Shown: in pieces, positions 62,267 through 64,000 of the stretch | Position numbering within the stretch: position 1 is the first letter of the stretch | Layout: each line of letters opens with the position of its first letter | Assembly (NCBI GenBank): GCA_951406725.2 | Contig: OX597831.1 | Span: 186,001-250,000 of the forward strand | Reading direction: 5' to 3' | DNA: 64,000 nt | Source of the DNA: Octopus vulgaris | Taxonomy: Eukaryota | Position numbers and translations under genes: made by a program | Notes under the pieces: model-generated | The model's input: the letters and a program-made list of their open reading frames with translations, nothing else | Databases searched by the model: none | What the model was told of the DNA's origin: nothing

Positions 62267-62300
62267 TCTGTTCATGCTTGATTTAAATTGAAGGATTACT
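62069..62300. repeat. Inverted repeat with an internal partial direct copy
   Basis: AGTAATCCTTCAATTTAAATCAAGCATGAACAGATGTGTG at 62069 is mirrored at about 62260-62300; partial direct copy at about 62164-62192. Confidence 0.8.
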
Positions 62301-64000
62301 TTCTGTAGACTGCATATTATTTTGTAAGGATAGTGTTGACAATGACTTAGAGAAGTTCCGACTGTTTTTCGACCTTCATCGGACTTGTATATCATCATCA
62401 TCATCATCTATATGTATACACACACATACATATCTATATGTGGCGGGTTTTTTTTTTTAAAGTATAAAACCAAATAATATAAACAAGGACAAAAGAACTC
62501 AATACATGTAGTTGAGATCGACTTATAAATGTTTTTATTACAAGTTGAGCAAAAATTTTGAAGTTTTGGCCGTAATGTGGCTTTAATTGAAGAAGTTTTT
62601 CTGACTTAATTATGAGTTAACGGCTAGTATTTTCTTGAAATGTTATTAGATATCTCTTATCACACGCACATGTAGGGTACTTCCCACATGTAGTGTTGGC
62701 ATTAACAATCGGTTTACGTGTTTATTCTACGCATACAGGAAACTGATCAATCACGAAAGAATTTTATCTACGGTTCCCTCTATAAAAAAAATGTGTGTGC
62801 ATATTCCATGTAGTGTTTTATACGTGCATTGCATTTATGTAAGCGTGTCTATAAATATTCCATATAGTGTTTTATACATGTCTTACTTATATATATATAT
62901 ATGTATATAGTGTATGTATGTGTGTGCGTGTATATATGTAAAATATTTCATATACATAATGAAGGTAGTTTGTGTGTAAAATTAATATACACAGACGTAC
63001 TTGTATATATACATATGGAATATTATTTTAATTCTTTGGATCTTGTCTTAAAATCTCCAACGCTGAGCCTCTGTTTATGTTTCTTTTACATGTTTAAACT
63101 TAGAGGCCGCTGAAACGGCGAGCCGGTTTCGATTTCAAGCCGTAAGCATTTTTACCTCACCACAGGCACTACTCTGAGAATGTCAATGAGAAGAGCATGA
63201 ACACCACCACGCAGCACTGTCCATTAATCCACCGTCGCCATCGTTCTCCAGGAATCTACCTCCATATCGATAAATCAATACATGCTACTAATGTCTAGTA
63301 AAATTCCTTGTGGCCATATATTTGAGTGCTTCACCTTTTTTCCTAAAAGTTCGGGCTCTCAAAGCCCCGAGGGTCGATACAGGGGGTGGTGGTGAGTCAG
63401 CTAATCGATTATTCTTTCCTCGTAATCTCTTTCCCTTCTTTTCTACTTCTCAACATTCCCTATTTGGAGTAAAGAGGGAAGAGTTATTATCGATTATCGT
63501 CTCACTTCTTTCTTTCTTTCTTTTTTTCGGTTCTCATGGAAAATTATAGCTCATCCGACACGTTCCTATTCCACAAGATTAGACTGGCGCTTGCGTGTGC
63601 TGCGGTGTATTTGTATACGTGTGTCTATAATGTATATAATGTGTATGTATGTGTGTGTGTGTGTGTATATATATATATTAACAGAGATAAGCATAGATGG
63701 TAGGAAGATGGAAAGATAAGCACGTCCATATGTATGTATGTATGTATGTATGTATATGGACGTGAGCTAAACTAGATAGCTACTCTAGCAGAGATCGATG
63801 GATTAACAAACTGGCAGTTATACATTTGTTTGCATGCATATATATATATATATATATTATATATTATATATTATATATGTGCAATCAATATAGTTAGATA
63901 TAACATATTATGCTGAAAATTTTAATGTTACTACAGGATTGAAAAAGATTAAAAACCAATAGAATTTGTCGCGTGAGCAGAAAGCTACATATATATATAT

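Noticed and set aside
63110-63270. GC-richer segment with ATGGCG and a donor-like site on the minus strand
   Set aside because: All frames close quickly and no homology was recognised.

Overview
AT-rich, repeat-dense eukaryotic DNA. The repeat families, the (TA)n/(ATT)n microsatellites and the YHCDICGKSFS-type zinc fingers suggest an octopus or other coleoid cephalopod; this taxon call is an inference. Three protein-coding loci are supported. (1) A minus-strand C2H2 zinc-finger ORF with 5 intact fingers and decayed fingers on both sides. (2) FAAP24 on the minus strand, with an uninterrupted CDS at 12782-13456. (3) Head-to-head with it, a 7-exon HTRA2/Omi serine protease on the plus strand at 14788-39801 (426 aa by manual splicing; catalytic Ser in a 33-nt microexon). 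The rest is SINEs, CR1- and RTE-like LINE relics, Helitron-like and hAT-like non-autonomous elements, a mariner relic and a Chapaev-like transposase relic. The most notable unannotated signal is a set of sequence-unrelated type I hammerhead ribozyme motifs of the minimal, Penelope-like kind: about 6 convincing and several decayed. They include a G3-C8 compensatory core variant, a long stem II variant, and one with an adjacent anti-core hairpin. All four in or next to HTRA2 are antisense to it. Inverted repeat pairs bracket HTRA2 exons 2-3 and exon 5. Everything was read by eye; no search or folding program was run, and repeat boundaries are approximate unless TSDs or termini are given.
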